Assembly: GCA_016207065.1 (NCBI GenBank)
Contig: JACQQK010000109.1
Location: forward strand, 1,666 to 65,665
Length of the DNA stretch: 64,000 nt
From: Nitrospinota bacterium
GTDB taxonomy: Bacteria > Nitrospinota > Nitrospinia > Nitrospinales > JACRGP01
Direction of reading: 5' to 3'
A program made the translations under genes and the position numbers. This document shows, piece after piece, positions 61,772 through 64,000 of the stretch; position 1 is the first letter of the stretch; every line of letters starts with the position of its first letter. Below the pieces are notes generated by a model. That model was not told where the DNA came from. It worked only from the letters and a program-made list of their open reading frames with translations, and did no database searches.

Positions 61772-63595
61772 TCACCGCGCGCCCCCGAGGTTGGCCAGGT
61801 CCTGGGCGGACTGCCTATGGAGGGCCGATTCTTGCGGCCGGTCCAGGCGCGCCAGGGCAATCCCCATATTGCGATGGGCCTCGGCCATGGCCGGGTTTTG
61901 CTTGAGCGCCCTGCCGTAGTAATCGGCGGCCCTGACCGGCTCTCCCCGTTCCAGGTAAATGTTCCCCAGGTGAAAAAGCGCGTCCGCCTGACCGGGTTCC
62001 AGTTGGAGGATTTTTTCGAATTCTTCCCGGGCCTCTTCCGTTTTCCCCCGCGAGAACAAGACCAATCCCAGGTTGACGGCGACGGAGACCGCCCGGGGCT
62101 TGAGGCGCAGGGCCTCGCGGAAATTGCGCTCCGCGTCCTCCGCTTTTCCGAGCTGGTGCAAGGCGACGCCGAAATTGGCGTAAATGTCCCCGAAGTCTTT
62201 TTTGTGTTGCAGGGCCTCGCGAAAGTATTCCGCGGCGGAGGCGGGGTTTCCCTCTTGCAGACGCGCGTTCCCGAGGTTGTACAGCGGCATCCAGGAACCG
62301 GGGTTCTTGGCCAGGGTGTCCAGGTAAAGCGACTCCTCGCTTTGGTAGGCCCGGCTTTGGTCCCATGTCAGCGAACCGAGTAAAACCAAGGCCAGCGCGG
62401 CGGCCAACCGCTTTTTGCCCCATAGGGACGGCAACGGGCCCGCCTGCGGGACGGATGGGCTGGCGGACGGCCCAATCCTGTCCAAAACGGTTTTGAGAAG
62501 CGAGGCCAGTAGCGCGAGGGCGCCGATGCCGGCCAGGTATTGAAAATGGTCGGCCACGAAGGAGTAACGCAGTGGGAAATAGCTGACGAACCCCAGCGCC
62601 GGAAAGAGGGTCCCGGAAAAGTACAGGACCCCCGCCAGGGGCCCTCGCCCCAGAAAGTTGCGGGCCAGCCATGCGATCCCCATGACGGCCAGCGCCGAGA
62701 GAGGGAACAGGTATTGCCGCCCGTCCGCGGGATCGATTTCCCATCGCGGATAAGTGAAGGTCAGGTTGGCCGGATACAGGATTTTCCCGAAGTAAAACCA
62801 CAAGGCCCGTCCCGCGATCAAAAACCGTTCCGGGAAGGAGAAATCGCAGTCCGCTTCGCAGTATTTCACGATATGTCCGCGTTCCAGCCTGGCGGTGATG
62901 GCCCCCAACACGGCCCCCGCCGCGAAAAACGGGACCAGCGGAACGGCGTCCCGCCAGGCCAGGCGCCCATTCTTCCAATAGAGGATGACCAGGACGGCCG
63001 CCGGCAACGTGCAGACGACCGTCTTCGAGCCCAGAGCGCACAGGAAGAAAAACAGCGCCGGAAAATAAAACGTCCATTGCCTGGGCCGCATGGGCCCGTA
63101 AGACCGGGAGCCGGACGAATCGGGACCGAGCCCGAAAAATCGCAGACAGGCCAAAAGGGACAATAGATAAAAAAAGCCGGACAGGACGTTTTTCCGCTCC
63201 GAAATCCAGGCCACGCTCTCCACGTTGACCGGGTGGAGCGCGAAGACCGCCGCGATAAAGAACGGGTAGGGGACGGACAGGCGCGACAACGCGGACCAGA
63301 GCAGGGCGGAGTTCGCGCCGTGCAACAACACGTTGGTCAAATGATACCCGGACGGCTTGAGTTTCCAGATCCGGTTCTCCAGCCAGAAACTGCTGTACGT
63401 CATGGGGTAATACTGGTTCAGCGATCCCGGCTCGGTCCATATCTTCCGCGGGGCGGAGTCCCCCAACTCCTCCACCGCCGCGACGTGGGCGTCGTCGTCC
63501 CAGACCATCCCGCCTTTCAGGATTGCCGGAAGGTAGGCGATCGTTACGAGCGCCACCAGTAGAATCGCTCTCGATGCGTTTCCGTTCGAAAACAT
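61772..63595 (-). CDS. Membrane GT-C (PMT/TMTC-like) glycosyltransferase domain fused to C-terminal TPR repeats
   Basis: N-terminal ~400 aa with more than 9 TM helices, including ...YHLTNVLLHGANSALLWSALSRL...HPVNVESVAWISERKNVLS... C-terminal ~190 aa are TPR repeats. Confidence 0.72.
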   Translation of the reverse strand: MFSNGNASRAILLVALVTIAYLPAILKGGMVWDDDAHVAAVEELGDSAPRKIWTEPGSLNQYYPMTYSSFWLENRIWKLKPSGYHLTNVLLHGANSALLWSALSRLSVPYPFFIAAVFALHPVNVESVAWISERKNVLSGFFYLLSLLACLRFFGLGPDSSGSRSYGPMRPRQWTFYFPALFFFLCALGSKTVVCTLPAAVLVILYWKNGRLAWRDAVPLVPFFAAGAVLGAITARLERGHIVKYCEADCDFSFPERFLIAGRALWFYFGKILYPANLTFTYPRWEIDPADGRQYLFPLSALAVMGIAWLARNFLGRGPLAGVLYFSGTLFPALGFVSYFPLRYSFVADHFQYLAGIGALALLASLLKTVLDRIGPSASPSVPQAGPLPSLWGKKRLAAALALVLLGSLTWDQSRAYQSEESLYLDTLAKNPGSWMPLYNLGNARLQEGNPASAAEYFREALQHKKDFGDIYANFGVALHQLGKAEDAERNFREALRLKPRAVSVAVNLGLVLFSRGKTEEAREEFEKILQLEPGQADALFHLGNIYLERGEPVRAADYYGRALKQNPAMAEAHRNMGIALARLDRPQESALHRQSAQDLANLGGAR

Positions 63596-63672
63596 AGCGG
63601 GTTTCTCGAAAGAGGACAGGGGCCGGCGTTATCCGCCGTCCCGGATAAACAAGGGCAGGGCCCTGGCGAAGC

Positions 63673-64000
63673 TCATGGGGTCAACTCGCGGCCGACATGG
63701 CGCTCGAGTTCGTCCATGGCGCGCGCCTGGTCCTCGACGCCATGGGAGATGGAGTTGGACAACTCGCTCATTTGGGCGACGATATTGACGATCTCCTTGA
63801 TGGCCTCCGCGGCGGCGCTGGAGTCGTCCTGGATCGTTTCGATCGTTTTGCCGATGTCCTCGGCCGCCTTGGCGGTCTCCTTGGCCAGTTCCTTGACCTC
63901 GTGGGCGACCACGGCGAACCCCTTTCCGGCCTCGCCCGCCCTGGCCGCCTCGATGGTGGCGTTCAGCGCGAGGAGGTTCGTCTGCTTGGCGATGTGGGTG
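63673..64000 (-). CDS. Methyl-accepting chemotaxis protein, C-terminal signalling domain (5' part beyond window end)
   Basis: The reverse frame reads ...[48 protein letters not shown]..., the highly conserved MCP hairpin tip. It extends past track ORF 63673..63912 to the window edge. Confidence 0.9.
   Translation of the reverse strand, partial: THIAKQTNLLALNATIEAARAGEAGKGFAVVAHEVKELAKETAKAAEDIGKTIETIQDDSSAAAEAIKEIVNIVAQMSELSNSISHGVEDQARAMDELERHVGRELTP

Noticed and set aside
61815-63440. 541-aa minus-strand ORF and 62540..63166 (+)
   Set aside because: They are alternative frames of the TMTC-like GT-TPR gene, with Arg/Pro/Gly-rich composition.
1-64000. CRISPR arrays, tRNA, rRNA, transposase or integrase genes
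   Set aside because: The repeats present are irregularly spaced mosaics and hairpins rather than a repeat-spacer array. I saw no cloverleaf-type GTTCGAATC-style T-arms in intergenic regions, no rRNA-like stretches, and no DDE, tyrosine or serine recombinase motifs in any credible ORF.

Overview
High-GC chromosomal segment, roughly 60% GC by hand counts on a few 60-nt lines. It comes from a diderm bacterium: RodA, PBP4, a SurA-like chaperone and an outer-membrane beta-barrel with a C-terminal Phe signal are all present. I support about 55 protein genes. I found no rRNA, tRNA, CRISPR array, transposase or integrase. Housekeeping genes: rodA (partial), rluD, moaB, fabF, nagZ, valS, pepF, dacB, an adenosine-kinase-like PfkB kinase, maf, two parvulin PPIases and hflX. 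Four things stand out. (1) An eight-gene minus-strand c-type cytochrome operon (23318-29436) carries 10 CxxCH motifs. It includes a di-heme cytochrome c peroxidase, four paralogous monoheme cytochromes, a triheme cytochrome, a secreted DUF1264 protein and a fused monoheme-cytochrome/beta-barrel porin that looks Cyc2-like. I rank this as the best candidate for an uncharacterised extracellular electron-transfer or metal-oxidation module. (2) A patchily AT-richer nonulosonic-acid (pseudaminic/legionaminic type, sps-like) surface-glycan island lies at 32696-46559. It has an unusual CBS-CBS-SDR fusion and two uncharacterised GT-B-like proteins. (3) The window is dense in modular GC-rich hairpin/mosaic repeats and two MITE-like families. 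One repeat copy sits in-frame inside a cytochrome gene, and others supply the 3' end or stop codon of genes. (4) Two small AT-rich islets each carry an XRE/CI-type regulator, one with paired palindromic operator-like sites. The 3' end of the window is a signalling neighbourhood (CheY-like receivers, CBS-GGDEF, MCP, TPR proteins). Many long ORFs in the supplied track are antisense or alternative-frame artefacts of high GC and are rejected. All functional calls rest on motifs I recognise by eye, since no database search was possible.
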